A DNA stretch of 64,000 nt from Squalus acanthias (Eukaryota), in NCBI GenBank assembly GCA_030390025.1, contig CM059433.1:930001-994000 (forward strand). Direction: 5' to 3'. Positions 1-14,297 of the stretch are shown here, in pieces. The position numbers were made by a program, and so were the translations under genes. How positions within the stretch are numbered: position 1 is the stretch's first letter; each line of letters begins with the position of its first letter. The notes under the pieces are model-generated. The model was not told the DNA's origin and did not search any database. It saw only the letters and a list, made by a program, of their open reading frames with translations.

Positions 1-3000
1 CTATGGGGATATAGTGAGCTGATGTCTATGGTGATACAGTGAGCTGATGTCTATGGGGATACAGTGTGTTGATGCCTATGGGGATACAGTGAGCTGATGT
101 CTATGGGGATACAGTGTGTTGATGTCTATGGGGAAGCAGTGAGCTGATGCCTATGGGGATAAAGTAAGCTGATGTCTATGAGATATAGTGAGCTGATGCC
201 TATGGGGATACAGTGAGCTGATGTCTGTGGGGATACAGTGAGCTGATGCCTATGGGGATACAGTGAGAAAGTGTCTATGGGGATACAATGAGCTGATGCC
301 TATGGGGAAGCAGTGAGCTGATGTCTATGGGGATATAGTGAGCTGATGCCTATGGGGATACAGTGACCTGATGTCTATGGGGATACAGTGAGCTGATGTC
401 TATGGGGATACAGCGTGTTGATGCCTATGGGGATAAAATGAGCTGATGTCTATGGGGATACAGTGAGCTGATGCCTATGGGGATACAGTGTGTTGATGTC
501 TATGGGGATACAGTGTTTTGATGTCTATGGGGATACAATGTGTTGATGTCTATGGGGATACAGTGAGCTGATGCCTATGGGGATATAATGAGCTGATGTC
601 TATGGGGATGCAGTGAGCTGATGCCTATGGGGATACAGTGTGTTGATGTCTATGTGGATACAGTGTGTTGATGTCTATGGGGATACAGTGTGTTGATGTC
701 TATGGGGATACAGTGAGCTGATGTCTATGGGGATACAGTGAGCTGATGTCTATGGGGATACAGTGAGCTGATGTCTATGGGGAAGCAGTGTGTTGATGTC
801 TATGGGGATACAGTGAGCTGATGTCTATGGGGATACAATGAGCTGATGTCTATGGGGAAGCAGTGAGCTGATGCCTATGGGGATACAGTGAGCTGATGTC
901 TATGGGGATATAGTGAGCTGATGTCTATGGTGATACAGTGAGCTGATGTCTATGGGGATACAGTGTGTTGATGCCTATGGGGATACAGTGAGCTGATGTC
1001 TATGGGGATACAGTGAGCTGATGTCTATGGGGATACAGTGAGCTGATGTCTATGGGGATACAGTGTGTTGATGTCTATGGGGAAGCAGTGAGCTGATGCC
1101 TATGGGGATAAAGTAAGCTGATGTCTATGAGATATAGTGAGCTGATGCCTATGGGGATACAGTGAGCTGATATCTATGGGGATACAGTGAGCTGATGTCT
1201 ATGGGGATACAATGAGCTGATGCCTATGGGGAAGCAGTGAGCTGATGCCTATGGGGATATAGTGAGCTGATGCCGATGGGGATACAGTGAGCTAATGTCT
1301 ATGGGGATACAGTGAGCTGATGTCTATGGGGATACAGTGAGCTGATGTCTATGGTGATACAGTGAGCTGATGTCTATGGGGATACAGTGTGTTGATGCCT
1401 ATGGGGATACAACGAGCTGATGCCTATGGGGAAGCAGTGAGCTGATGCCTATGGGGATATAGTGAGCTGATGCCAATGGGGATACAGTGAGCTGATGTCT
1501 ATGGGGATACAGTGAGCTGATGTCTATGGGGATACAGTGAGCTGATGCCTATGGGGATACAGTGAGCTGATGTCTATGGTGATACAATGAGCTGATGCCT
1601 ATGGGGAAGCAGTGAGCTGATGTCTATGGGGATATAGTGAGCTGATGCCTATGGGGATACAGTGACCTGATGTCTATGGGGATACAGTGAGCTGATGTCT
1701 ATGGGGATACAGTGAGCTGATGCCTATGGGGATACAGTGAGCTGATGTCTATGGGGATACAATGAGCTGATGCCTATGGGGAAGCAGTGAGCTGATGTCT
1801 ATGGGGATATAGTGAGCTGATGCCTATGGGGATACAGTGAGCTGATGTCTATGGGGATACAGTGAGCTGATGTCTATGGGGATACAGTGTGTTGATGTCT
1901 ATGGGGATACATTGTGTTGATGTCTATGGGGATACAGTGTTTTGATGTCTATGGGGATACAATGTGTTGATGTCTATGGGGATACAGTGAGCTGATGCCT
2001 ATGGGGATATAATGAGCTGATGTCTATGGGGATGCAGTGAGCTGATGCCTTTGGGGATACAGTGTGTTGATGTCTATGTGGATACAGTGTGTTGATGTCT
2101 ATGGGGATACAGTGTGTTGATGTCTATGGGGATACAGTGTGTTGATGTCTATAGGGATACAGTGTGTTGATGTCTATGGGGATACAGTGAGCTGATGACT
2201 ATGGGGATACAGTGAGCTGATGTCTATGGGGATACAATGAGCTGATGTCTATGGGGAAGCAGTGAGCTGATGCCTATGGGGATACAGTGAGCTGATGTCT
2301 ATGGGGATATAGTGAGCTGATGTCTATGGTGATACAGTGAGCTGATGTCTATGGGGATACAGTGTGTTGATGCCTATGGGGATACAGTGAGCTGATGTCT
2401 ATGGGGATACAGTGAGCTGATGTCTATGGGGATACAGTGAGCTGATGTCTATGGGGATACAGTGTGTTGATGTCTATGGGGAAGCAGTGAGCTGATGCCT
2501 ATGGGGATAAAGTAAGCTGATGTCTATGAGATATAGTGAGCTGATGCCTATGGGGATACAGTGAGCTGATGTCTATGGGGATACAGTGAGCTGATGCCTA
2601 TGGGGATACAGTGAGAAAATGTCTATGGGGATACAATGAGCTGATGCCTATGGGGAAGCAGTGAGCTGATGTCTATGGGGATATAGTGAGCTGATACCTA
2701 TGGGGATACAGTGACCTGATGTCTATGGGGATACAGTGAGCTGATGTCTATGGGGATACAGTGTGTTGATGCCTATGGGGATAAAATGAGCTGATGTCTA
2801 TGGGGATACAGTGAGCTGATGCCTATGGGGATACAGTGTGTTGATGTCTATGGGGATACAGTGTTTTGATGTCTATGGGGATACAATGTGTTGATGTCTA
2901 TGGGGATACAGTGAGCTGATGCCTATGGGGATATAATGAGCTGATGTCTATGGGGATGCAGTGAGCTGATGCCTATGGGGATACAGTGTGTTGATGTCTA

Positions 3001-6000
3001 TGTGGATACAGTGTGTTGATGTCTATGGGGATACAGTGTGTTGATGTCTATGGGGATACAGTGAGCTGATGTCTATGGGGATACAGTGAGCTGATGTCTA
3101 TGGGGATACAGTGAGCTGATGTCTATGGGGAAGCAGTGTGTTGATGTCTATGGGGATACAGAGAGCTGATGTCTATGGGGATACAGTGTGTTGATGTCTA
3201 TGGGGAAGCAGTGAGCTGATGCCTACGGGGATAAAGTAAGCTGATGTCTATGAGATACAGTGAGCTGATGCCTATGGGGATACAGTGAGCTGATGTCTAT
3301 GGGGATACAGTGAGCTGATGTCTATGGGGATACAATGAGCTGATGCCTATGGGGAAGCAGTGAGCTGATGCCTATGGGGATACAGTGAGCTGATGTCTAT
3401 GGGGATACAGTCAGCTGATGTCTATGGTGATACAGTGAGCTGATGTCTATGGGGATACAGTGAGCTGATGTCTATGGGGATACAATGAGCTGATGCCTAT
3501 GGGGAAGCAGTGAGCTGATGTCTATGGGGATATAGTGAGCTGATGCCTATGGGGATACAGTGAGCTGATGTCTATGGGGATACAGTGAGCTGATGTCTAT
3601 GGGGATACAGTGTGTTGATGTCTATGGGGATACATTGTGTTGATGTCTATGGGGATACAGTGTTTTGATGTCTATGGGGATACAATGTGTTGATGTCTAT
3701 GGGGATACAGTGAGCTGATGCCTATGGGGATATAATGAGCTGATGTCTATGGGGATGCAGTGAGCTGATGCCTTTGGGGATACAGTGTGTTGATGTCTAT
3801 GTGGATACAGTGTGTTGATGTCTATGGGGATACAGTGTGTTGATGTCTATGGGGATACAGTGTGTTGATGTCTATAGGGATACAGTGTGTTGATGTCTAT
3901 GGGGATACAGTGAGCTGATGACTATGGGGATACAGTGAGCTGATGTCTATGGGGATACAATGAGCTGATGTCTATGGGGAAGCAGTGAGCTGATGCCTAT
4001 GGGGATACAGTGAGCTGATGTCTATGGGGATATAGTGAGCTGATGTCTATGGTGATACAGTGAGCTGATGTCTATGGGGATACAGTGTGTTGATGCCTAT
4101 GGGGATACAGTGAGCTGATGTCTATGGGGATACAGTGAGCTGATGTCTATGGGGATACAGTGAGCTGATGTCTATGGGGATACAGTGTGTTGATGTCTAT
4201 GGGGAAGCAGTGAGCTGATGCCTATGGGGATAAAGTAAGCTGATGTCTATGAGATATAGTGAGCTGATGCCTATGGGGATACAGTGAGCTGATGTCTATG
4301 GGGATACAGTGAGCTGATGCCTATGGGGATACAGTGAGAAAATGTCTATGGGGATACAATGAGCTGATGCCTATGGGGAAGCAGTGAGCTGATGTCTATG
4401 GGGATATAGTGAGCTGATACCTATGGGGATACAGTGACCTGATGTCTATGGGGATACAGTGAGCTGATGTCTATGGGGATACAGTGTGTTGATGCCTATG
4501 GGGATAAAATGAGCTGATGTCTATGGGGATACAGTGAGCTGATGCCTATGGGGATACAGTGTGTTGATGTCTATGGGGATACAGTGTTTTGATGTCTATG
4601 GGGATACAATGTGTTGATGTCTATGGGGATACAGTGAGCTGATGCCTATGGGGATATAATGAGCTGATGTCTATGGGGATGCAGTGAGCTGATGCCTATG
4701 GGGATACAGTGTGTTGATGTCTATGTGGATACAGTGTGTTGATGTCTATGGGGATACAGTGTGTTGATGTCTATGGGGATACAGTGAGCTGATGTCTATG
4801 GGGATACAGTGAGCTGATGTCTATGGGGATACAGTGAGCTGATGTCTATGGGGAAGCAGTGTGTTGATGTCTATGGGGATACAGAGAGCTGATGTCTATG
4901 GGGATACAGTGTGTTGATGTCTATGGGGAAGCAGTGAGCTGATGCCTACGGGGATAAAGTAAGCTGATGTCTATGAGATACAGTGAGCTGATGCCTATGG
5001 GGATACAGTGAGCTGATGTCTATGGGGATACAGTGAGCTGATGTCTATGGGGATACAATGAGCTGATGCCTATGGGGAAGCAGTGAGCTGATGCCTATGG
5101 GGATACAGTGAGCTGATGTCTATGGGGATACAGTCAGCTGATGTCTATGGTGATACAGTGAGCTGATGTCTATGGGGATACATTGTGTTGATGCCTATGG
5201 GGATACAGTGAGCTGATGTCTATGGGGATAAAGTGAGCTGATGTCTATGGGGATACAGTGAGCTGATGTCTATGGTGATACAGTGAGCTGATGTCTATGG
5301 GGATACAGTGTGTTGATGCCTATGGGGATACAGTGAGCTGATGCCGATGGGGATACAGTGAGCTAATGTCTATGGGGATACAGTGAGCTGATGTCTATGG
5401 GGATACAGTGAGCTGATGTCTATGGTGATACAGTGAGCTGATGTCTATGGGGATACAGTGTGTTGATGCCTATGGGGATACAGTGAGCTGATGTCTATGG
5501 GGATACAGTGAGCTGATGCCTATGGGGATACAGTGAGCTGGTGTCTATGGGGAAGCAGTGAGCTGATGACTATGGGGATTCAGTGAGCTGATGTCTCTGG
5601 GGATACAGTGAGCTGATGTCTATGGGGATACAGTGAGCTGATGTCTATGGGGATACAGAGAGCTGATGCCTATGGGGATATAGTGAGCTGATGTCTATGG
5701 GGATACAGTGAGCTGATGTCTATGGGGATACAGTGTGTTGATGCCTATGGGGATACAATGAGCTGATGTCTATGGGGATACAGTGTGTTGATGTCTATGA
5801 GGATACAATGAGCTGATGTCTGTGGGGTTATAGTGAGCTGATGTCTATGGGGATATAGTGAGCTGATGCCTATGGGGATACAATGAGCTGATGTCTATGG
5901 GGATACAGTGAGCTGATGTCTATGGGGATAAAGTGAGCTGATGTTTATGGGGATATAGTGAGCTGATGCCTATGGGGATACAGTGAGCTGATGTCTATGG

Positions 6001-9000
6001 GGATACAATGAGCTGATGCCTATGGGGAAGCAGTGAGCTGATGCCTATGGGGATATAGTGAGCTGATGCCGATGGGGATACAGTGAGCTACTGTCTATGG
6101 GGATACAGTGAGCTGATGTCTATGGTGATACAGTGAGCTGATGTCAATGGGGATACAGTGTGTTGATGCCTATGGGGATATGGTGAGCTGATGTCTATGG
6201 GGATACAGTGAGCTGATGTCTATGGTGATACAGTGAGCTGATGTCTATGGGGAAGCAGTGAGCTGATGCCTATGGGGATAAAGTAAGCTGATGTCTATGG
6301 GGATACAATGAGCTGATGTCTATGGGGAAGCAGTGAGCTGATGCCTATGGGGATACAGTGAGCTGATGTCTATGGTGATACAGTGAGCTGATGTCTATGG
6401 TGATACAGTGAGCTGATGTCTATGGGGATACAGTGTGTTGATGCCTATGGGGATAAAGTGAGCTGATGTCTATGGGGATACAGTGAGCTGATGTCTATGG
6501 GGATACAATGAGCTGATGCCTATGGGGAAGCAGTGAGCTGATGCCTATGGGGATATAGTGAGCTGATGCCAATGGGGATACAGTGAGCTAATGTCTATGG
6601 GGATACAGTGAGCTGATGTCAATGGGGATACAGTGAGCTGATGTCTATGGGGATACAGTGAGCTGATGTCTATGGGGATATAGTGAGCTGATGCCGATGG
6701 GGATACAGTGAGCTGATGCCTATGGGGATACAGTGAGCTGATGTCTATGGGGATACAATGAGCTGATGCCTATGGGGATACAGTGAGCTGATGTCTATGG
6801 GGATAGAGTGAGCTGATGTCTATGAGGATACAGTGTGTTGATGTCTATGGGGATACAGTGTGTTGATGTCTATGGGGATACAGTGTTTTGATGTCTATGG
6901 GGATACAATGTGTTGATGTCTATGGGGATACAGTGAGCTGATTCCTATGGGGATATAATGAGCTGATGTCTATGGGGATGCAGTGAGCTGATGCCTATGG
7001 GGATACAGTGTGTTGATGTCTATGTGGATACAGTGTGTTGATGTCTATGGGGATACAGTGTGTTGATGTCTATGGGGATACAGTGAGCTGATGTCTATGG
7101 GGATACAGTGAGCTGATGTCTATGGGGATACAGTGAGCTGATGTCTATGGGGAAGCAGTGTGTTGATGTCTATGGGGATACAGTGAGCTGATGTCTATGG
7201 GGATACAGTGTGTTGATGTCTATGGGGAAGCAGTGAGCTGATGCCTATGGGGATAAAGTAAGCTGATGTCTATGAGATATAGTGAGCTGATGCCTATGGG
7301 GATACAGTGAGCTGATGTCTACGGGGATACAGTGAGCTGATGTCTATGGGGATACAATGAGCTGATGCCTATGGGGAAGCAGTGAGCGGATGCCTATGGG
7401 GATACAGTGAGCTGATGTCTATGGGGATACAGTGAGCTGATGTCTATGGTGATACAGTGAGCTGATGTCTATGGGGATACAGTGTTTTGATGCCTATGGG
7501 GATACAGTGAGCTGATGTCTATGGGGATACAGTGAGCTGATGTCTATGGGGATACAGTGAGCTGATGTCTATGGTGATACAGTGAGCTGATGTCTATGGG
7601 GATACAGTGTGTTGATGCCCATGGGGATACAGTGAGCTGATGCCGATGGGGATACAGTGAGCTAATGTCTCTGGGGATACAGTGAGCTGATGTCTATGGG
7701 GATACAGTGAGCTGATGTCTATGGTGATACAGTGAGCTGATGTCTATGGGGATACAGTGTGCTGATGCCTATGGGGATACAGTGAGCTGATGTCTATGGG
7801 GATACAGTGAGCTGATGTCTATGGGGATACAGTGAGCTGATGCCTATGGGGATACAGTGAGCTGGTGTCTATGGGGAAGCAGTGAGCTGATGACTATGGG
7901 GATTCAGTGAGCTGATGTCTATGGGGATACAATGAGCCGATGTCTATGGGGATACAGAGAGCTGATGTCTATGGGGATACAGTGAGCTGATGTCTATGGG
8001 GATACAGTGAGCTGATGTCTATGGGGATACAGTGTGTTGATGCCTATGGGGATACAATGAGCTGATGTCTATGGGGATACAGTGTGTTGATGTCTCTGGG
8101 GATACAGTGAGCTGATGTCTATGGGGATATAGTGAGCTGATGTCTATGGGGATGTAGTGAGCTGATGCCTATGGGGATACAATGAGCTGATGTCTATGGG
8201 GATACAGTGAGCTGATGTCTATGGGGATATAGTGAGCTGATGTTTATGGGGATATAGTGAGCTGATGCCTATGGGGATACAGTGAGCTGATGTCTATGGG
8301 GATACAATGAGCTGATGCCTATGGGGAAGCAGTGAGCTGATGCCTATGGGGATATAGTGAGCTGATGCCGATGGGGATACAGTGAGCTACTGTCTATGGG
8401 GATACAGTGAGCTGATGTCTATGGGGATACAGTGAGCTGATGTCTATGGTGATACAGTGAGCTGATGTCTATGGGGATACAGTGTGTTGATGCCTATGGG
8501 GATATGATGAGCTGATGTCTATGGGGATACAGTGAGCTGATATCTATGGGGATACAATGAGCTGATGCCTATGGGGAAGCACTGAGCTGATGCCTATGGG
8601 GATATAGTGAGCTGATGCCGATGGGGATACAGTGAGCTAATGTCCATGGGGATACAGTGAGCTGATGTCAATGGGGATACATTGAGCTGATGTCTATGGG
8701 GATACTGTGAGCTGATGTCTATGGGGATATAGTGAGCTGATGCCTATGGGGATACAGTGAGCTGATGCCTATGGGGATACAGTGAGCTGATGTCTATGGG
8801 GATACAATGAGCTGATGCCTATGGGGAAGCAGTGAGCTGATGTCTATGGGGATATAGTGAGCTGATGCCTTTGGGGATACAGTGAGCTGATGTCTATGGG
8901 GATACAATGAGCTGATGCCTATGGGGAAGCAGTGAGCTGATGTCTATGGGGATACAGTGAGCTGATGTCTATGGGGATACAGTGAGCTGATGTCTATGGG

Positions 9001-12000
9001 GATACAGTGTGTTGATGTCTATGGGGATACACTGAGCTGATGTCTATGGGGATACAATGAGCTGATGTCTATGGGGATATAGTGAGCTGATGCCTATGGG
9101 GATACAGTGTGTTGATGTCTATGGGGATACAGTGTGTTGATGTCTATGGGGATACAGTGTGTTGATGTCTATGGGGATACAATGTGTTGATGTCTATGGG
9201 GATACAGTGAGCTGATTCCTATGGGGATATAATGAGCTGATGTCTATGGGGATGCAGTGAGCTGATGCCTATGGGGATACAGTGTGTTGATGTCTATGTG
9301 GATACAGTGTGTTGATGTCTATGGGGATACAGTGTGTTGATGTCTATGGGGATACAGTGAGCTGATGTCTATGGGGATACAGTGAGCTGATGTCTATGGG
9401 GATACAGTGAGCTGATGTCTATGGGGAAGCAGTGTGTTGATGTCTATGGGGATACAGTGAGCTGATGTCTATGGGGATACAGTGTGTTGATGTCTATGGG
9501 GAAGCAGTGAGCTGATGCCTATGGGGATAAAGTAAGCTGATGTCTATGAGATATAGTGAGCTGATGCCTATGGGGATACAGTGAGCTGATGTCTATGGGG
9601 ATACAGTGAGCTGATGTCTATGGGGATACAATGAGCTGATGCCTATGGGGAAGCAGTGAGCTGATGCCTATGGGGATACAGTGAGCTGATGTCTATGGGG
9701 ATACAGTGAGCTGATGTCTATGGTGATACAGTGAGCTGATGTCTATGGGGATACAGTGTTTTGATGCCTATGGGGATACAGTGAGCTGATGTCTATGGGG
9801 ATACAGTGAGCTGATGTCTATGGTGATACAGTGAGCTGATGTCTATGGGGATACAGTGTGTTGATGCCCATGGGGATACAGTGAGCTGATGCCGATGGGG
9901 ATACAGTGAGCTAATGTCTATGGGGATACAGTGAGCTGATGTCTATGGGGATACAGTGAGCTGATGTCTATGGTGATACAGTGAGCTGATGTCTATGGGG
10001 ATGCAGTGTGTTGATGCCTATGGGGATACAGTGAGCTGATGTCTATGGGGATACAGTGAGCTGATGTCTATGGGGATACAGTGAGCTGATGCCTATGGGG
10101 ATACAGTGAGCTGGTGTCTATGGGGAAGCAGTGAGCTGATGACTATGGGGATTCAGTGAGCTGATGTCTATGGGGATACAGTGAGCTGATGTCTATGGGG
10201 ATACAGAGAGCTGATGTCTATGGGGATACAGTGAGCTGATGTCTATGGGGATACAGTGAGCTGATGTCTATAGGGATACAGTGTGTTGATGCCTATGGGG
10301 ATACAATGAGCTGATGTCTATGGGGATACAGTGTGTTGATGTCTCTGGGGATACAGTGAGCTGATGTCTATGGGGATATAGTGAGCTGATGTCTATGGGG
10401 ATATAGTGAGCTGATGCCTGTGGGGATACAATGAGCTGATGTCTATGGGGATACAGTGAGCTGACGTCTATGGGGATATAGTGAGCTGATGTTTATGGGG
10501 ATATAGTGAGCTGATGCCTATGGGGATACAGTGAGCTGATGTCTATGGGGATACAATGAGCTGATGCCTATGGGGAAGCAGTGAGCTGATGCCTATGGGG
10601 ATATAGTGAGCTGATGCCGATGGGGATACAGTGAGCTACTGTCTATGGGGATACAGTGAGCTGATGTCTATGGGGATACAGTGAGCTGATGTCTATGGGG
10701 ATACAGTGTGTTGATGCCTATGGGGATATGGTGAGCTGATGTCTATGGGGATACAGTGAGCTGATGTCTATGGTGATACAATGAGCTGATGCCTATGGGG
10801 AAGCACTGAGCTGATGCCTATGGGGATATAGTGAGCTGATGCCGATGGGGATACAGTGAGCTAATGTCCATGGGGATACAGTGAGCTGATGTCAATGGGG
10901 ATAGATTGAGCTGATGTCTATGGGGATACAGTGAGCTGATGTCTATGGGGATATAGTGAGCTGATGCCTATGGGGATACAGTGAGCTGATGCCTATGGGG
11001 ATACATTGAGCTGATGTCTATGGGGATACAATGAGCTGATGCCTATGGGGAAGCAGTGAGCTGATGTCTATGGGGATATAGTGAGCTGATGCCTATGGGG
11101 ATACAGTGAGCTGATGTCTATGGGGATACAATGAGCTGATGCCTATGGGGAAGCAGTGAGCTGATGTCTATGGGGATACAGTGAGCTGATGTCTATGGGG
11201 ATACAGTGAGCTGATGTCTATGGGGATACAGTGTGTTGATGTCTATGGGGATACAGTGAGCTGATGTCTATGGGGATACAATGAGCTGATGTCTATGGGG
11301 ATATAGTGAGCTGATGCCTATGGGGATACAGTGTGTTGATGTCTATGGGGATACAGTGTGTTGATGTCTATGGGGATACAGTGTGTTGATGTCTATGGGG
11401 ATACAGTGTGTTGATGTCTATGGGGATACAGTGAGCTGATGCCTATGGGGATATAATGAGCTGATGTCTATGGGGATGCAGTGAGCTGATGCCTATGGGG
11501 ATACAGTGTGTTGATGTCTATGGGGATACAGTGTGTTGATGTCTATAGGGATACAGTGTGTTGATGTCTATGGGGATACAGTGAGCTGATGCCTATGGGG
11601 AAGCAGTGAGCTGATGCCTATGGGGATATAGTGAGCTGATGCCGATGGGGATACAGTGAGCTACTGTCTATGGGGATACAGTGAGCTGATGTCTATGGGG
11701 ATACAGTGAGCTACTGTCTATGGGGATACAGTGAGCTGATGTCTATGGGGATACAGTGAGCTGATGTCTATGGTGATACAGTGAGCTGATGTCTATGGGG
11801 ATACAGTGTGTTGATGCCTATGGGGATATGGTGAGCTGATGTCTATGGGGATACAGTGAGCTGATGTCTATGGGGATACAATGAGCTGATGCCTATGGGG
11901 AAGCAGTGAACTGATGTCTATGGGGAAGCAGTGAGCTGATTCCTATGGGGATAAAGTAAGCTGATGTCTATGAGATATAGTGAGCTGATGCCTATGGGGA

Positions 12001-13709
12001 TACAGTGAGCTGATGCCGATGGGGATACAGTGAGCTACTGTCTATGGGGATACAGTGAGCTGATGTCTATGGGGATACAGTGAGCTACTGTCTATGGGGA
12101 TACAGTGAGCTGATGTCTATGGGGATACAGTGAGCTGATGTCTATGGTGATACAGTGAGCTGATGTCTATGGGGATACAGTGTGTTGATGCCTATGGGGA
12201 TATGGTGAGCTGATGTCTATGGGGATACAGTGAGCTGATGTCTATGGGGATACAATGAGCTGATGCCTATGGGGAAGCAGTGAGCTGATGTCTATGGGGA
12301 AGCAGTGAGCTGATGCCTATGGGGATAAAGTAAGCTGATGTCTATGAGATATAGTGAGCTGATGCCTATGGGGATACAGTGAGCTGATGTCTATGGGGAT
12401 ACAGTGAGCTGATGTCTATGGGGATACAATGAGCTGATGCCTATGGGGAAGCAGTGAGCTGATGCCGATGGGGATACAGTGAGCTGATGTCTATGGGGAT
12501 ACAGTGAGCTGATGTCTATGGTGATACAGAGAGCTGATGTCTATGGGGATACAGTGTGTTGATGCCTATGGGGATAAAGTGAGCTGATGTCTATGGGGAT
12601 ACAGTGAGCTGATGCCTATGGGGATACAGTGAGCTGATGTCTATGGGGATACAATGAGCTGATGCCTATGGGGAAGCAGTGAGCTGATGCCTATGGGGAT
12701 ATAGTGAGCTGATGCCAATGGGGATACAGTGAGCTGATGTCTATGGGGATACAGTGAGCTGATGTCTATGGGGATATAGTGAGCTGATGCCGATGGGGAT
12801 ACAGTGAGCTGATGCCTATGGGGATACAGTGAGCTGATGTCTATGGGGATACAGTGTGTTGATGTCTATGGGGATACAATGAGCTGATGCCTATGGGGAA
12901 GCAGTGAGCTGATGTCTATGGGGATATAGTGAGCTGATGCCTATGGGGATACAGTGAGCTGATGTCTATGGGGATACAGTGAGCTGATGTCTATGGGGAT
13001 ACAGTGTGTTGATGTCTATGGGGATACAGTGTGTTGATGTCTATGGGGATACAGTGTTTTGATGTCTTTGGGGATACATTGTGTTGATGTCTATGGGGAT
13101 ACTGTGAGCTGATGCCTATGGGGATATAATGAGCTGATGTCTATGGGGATGCAGTGAGCTGATGCCTATGGGGATACAGTGTGTTGATGTCTATGTGGAT
13201 ACAGTGTGTTGATGTCTATGGGGATAAAGTGTGTTGATGTCTATGGGGATACAGTGAGCTGATGTCTATGGGGATACAGTGAGCTGATGTCTATGGGGAT
13301 ACAGTGAGCTGATGTCCATGGGGAAGCAGTGTGTTGATGTCTATGGGGATACAGTGAGCTGATGTCTATGGGGATACAGTGTGTTGATGTCTATGGGGAA
13401 GCAGTGAGCGGATGCCTATGGGGATAAAGTAAGCTGATGTCTATGAGATCTAGTGAGCTGATGCCTATGGGGATACAGTGAGCTGATGTCTATGGGGATA
13501 CAGTGAGCTGATGTCTATGGTGATACAGTGAGCTGATGTCTATGGGGATACAGTGTGTTGATGCCTATGTGGATACAGTGAGCTGATGTCTATGGCGCTA
13601 AAGTGAGCTGATGTCTATGGGGATATAGTGAGCTGATGTCTATGGTGATACAGTGAGCTGATGTCTATGGGGATACAGTGTGTTGATGCCTATGGGGATA
13701 CAGTGAGCT
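1..13709. repeat. 25-bp tandem satellite, left arm (~550 monomers; runs off the window start)
   Basis: CTATG recurs at 1, 26, 51 and onward. Consensus GTCTATGGGGATACAGTGAGCTGAT with recurrent variants (GTGTGTT, GCC, GAAGC, a 24-bp GAGAT monomer). Confidence 0.99.
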
Positions 13710-14219
13710 TGTTGTAGGGGCTAATCGGAGCCTTAAGCGGACTAACCGTGAAGGAGAGTCGACGCGTTACCCGACTTAGCCCGACTGAGCAATAAAACTC
13801 AAACACCAATTTACACGGTTAAATGCGGGAGTACACTTTATTCAGAGCGCTCTGGGAGAGAATTGATGCACCCACGTGCAGTCACCGACCTCTCAAATAA
13901 GTCACTCTGGGGCACAGTATTTTATACATCCATCATTGATTACATCGTGCTCACATGAGCATGTGATAGTCATTAGAATCCAATCAATTTTATGTATACA
14001 ATTGTTAAGCATAGTAAATCAATTAACGTCAGGATACAGTTGATGTGATCAGCCTCGTCTATGTGACAGTGTTATCTCGAGCCCTGTATGTTGCAACGTT
14101 GTCTGACAAGGCAGACTGCCAACCCATTGCAGAAAAGTCCTGTGTCAGCGAATTTAAAGTTCATTAACTGGATGAGTTTTTCTTCTCCGACATTTCTTTA
14201 ATAATTTTCTTCTCCAACA
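13710..14219 (-). repeat. 3' LTR (510 bp)
   Basis: Plus-strand TGTTGTAG...CTCCAACA. Matches 21144-21653 except at 13845 (G vs C at 21279) and 13946 (C vs T at 21380), compared by eye. Confidence 0.97.
13837..13842 (-). terminator. Polyadenylation signal AATAAA in the R region of the 3' LTR
   Basis: Plus-strand TTTATT is AATAAA on the viral sense strand, ~80 nt downstream of the LTR TATA box. Confidence 0.8.
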
Positions 14220-14228
14220 CTCCCTTCT
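14220..14228 (-). other. Polypurine tract (plus-strand primer)
   Basis: Minus strand reads AGAAGGGAG directly abutting the TG of the 3' LTR. Confidence 0.8.
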
Positions 14229-14297
14229 GTTGGTCCGGGGGCACGACCTTCTTGCCCCCAGGAAACCACTGCTCCGTGCCTCTTCACGGGGTCGACG

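Noticed and set aside
1..13709. Satellite as a repetitive protein-coding gene
   Set aside because: The period is not a multiple of 3, and stops (TGA on +, TAG on -) cycle through all frames. The ORF track shows nothing here.
13791..13796. Plus-strand AATAAA in U5
   Set aside because: Antisense to the virus, and a single hexamer is expected by chance.
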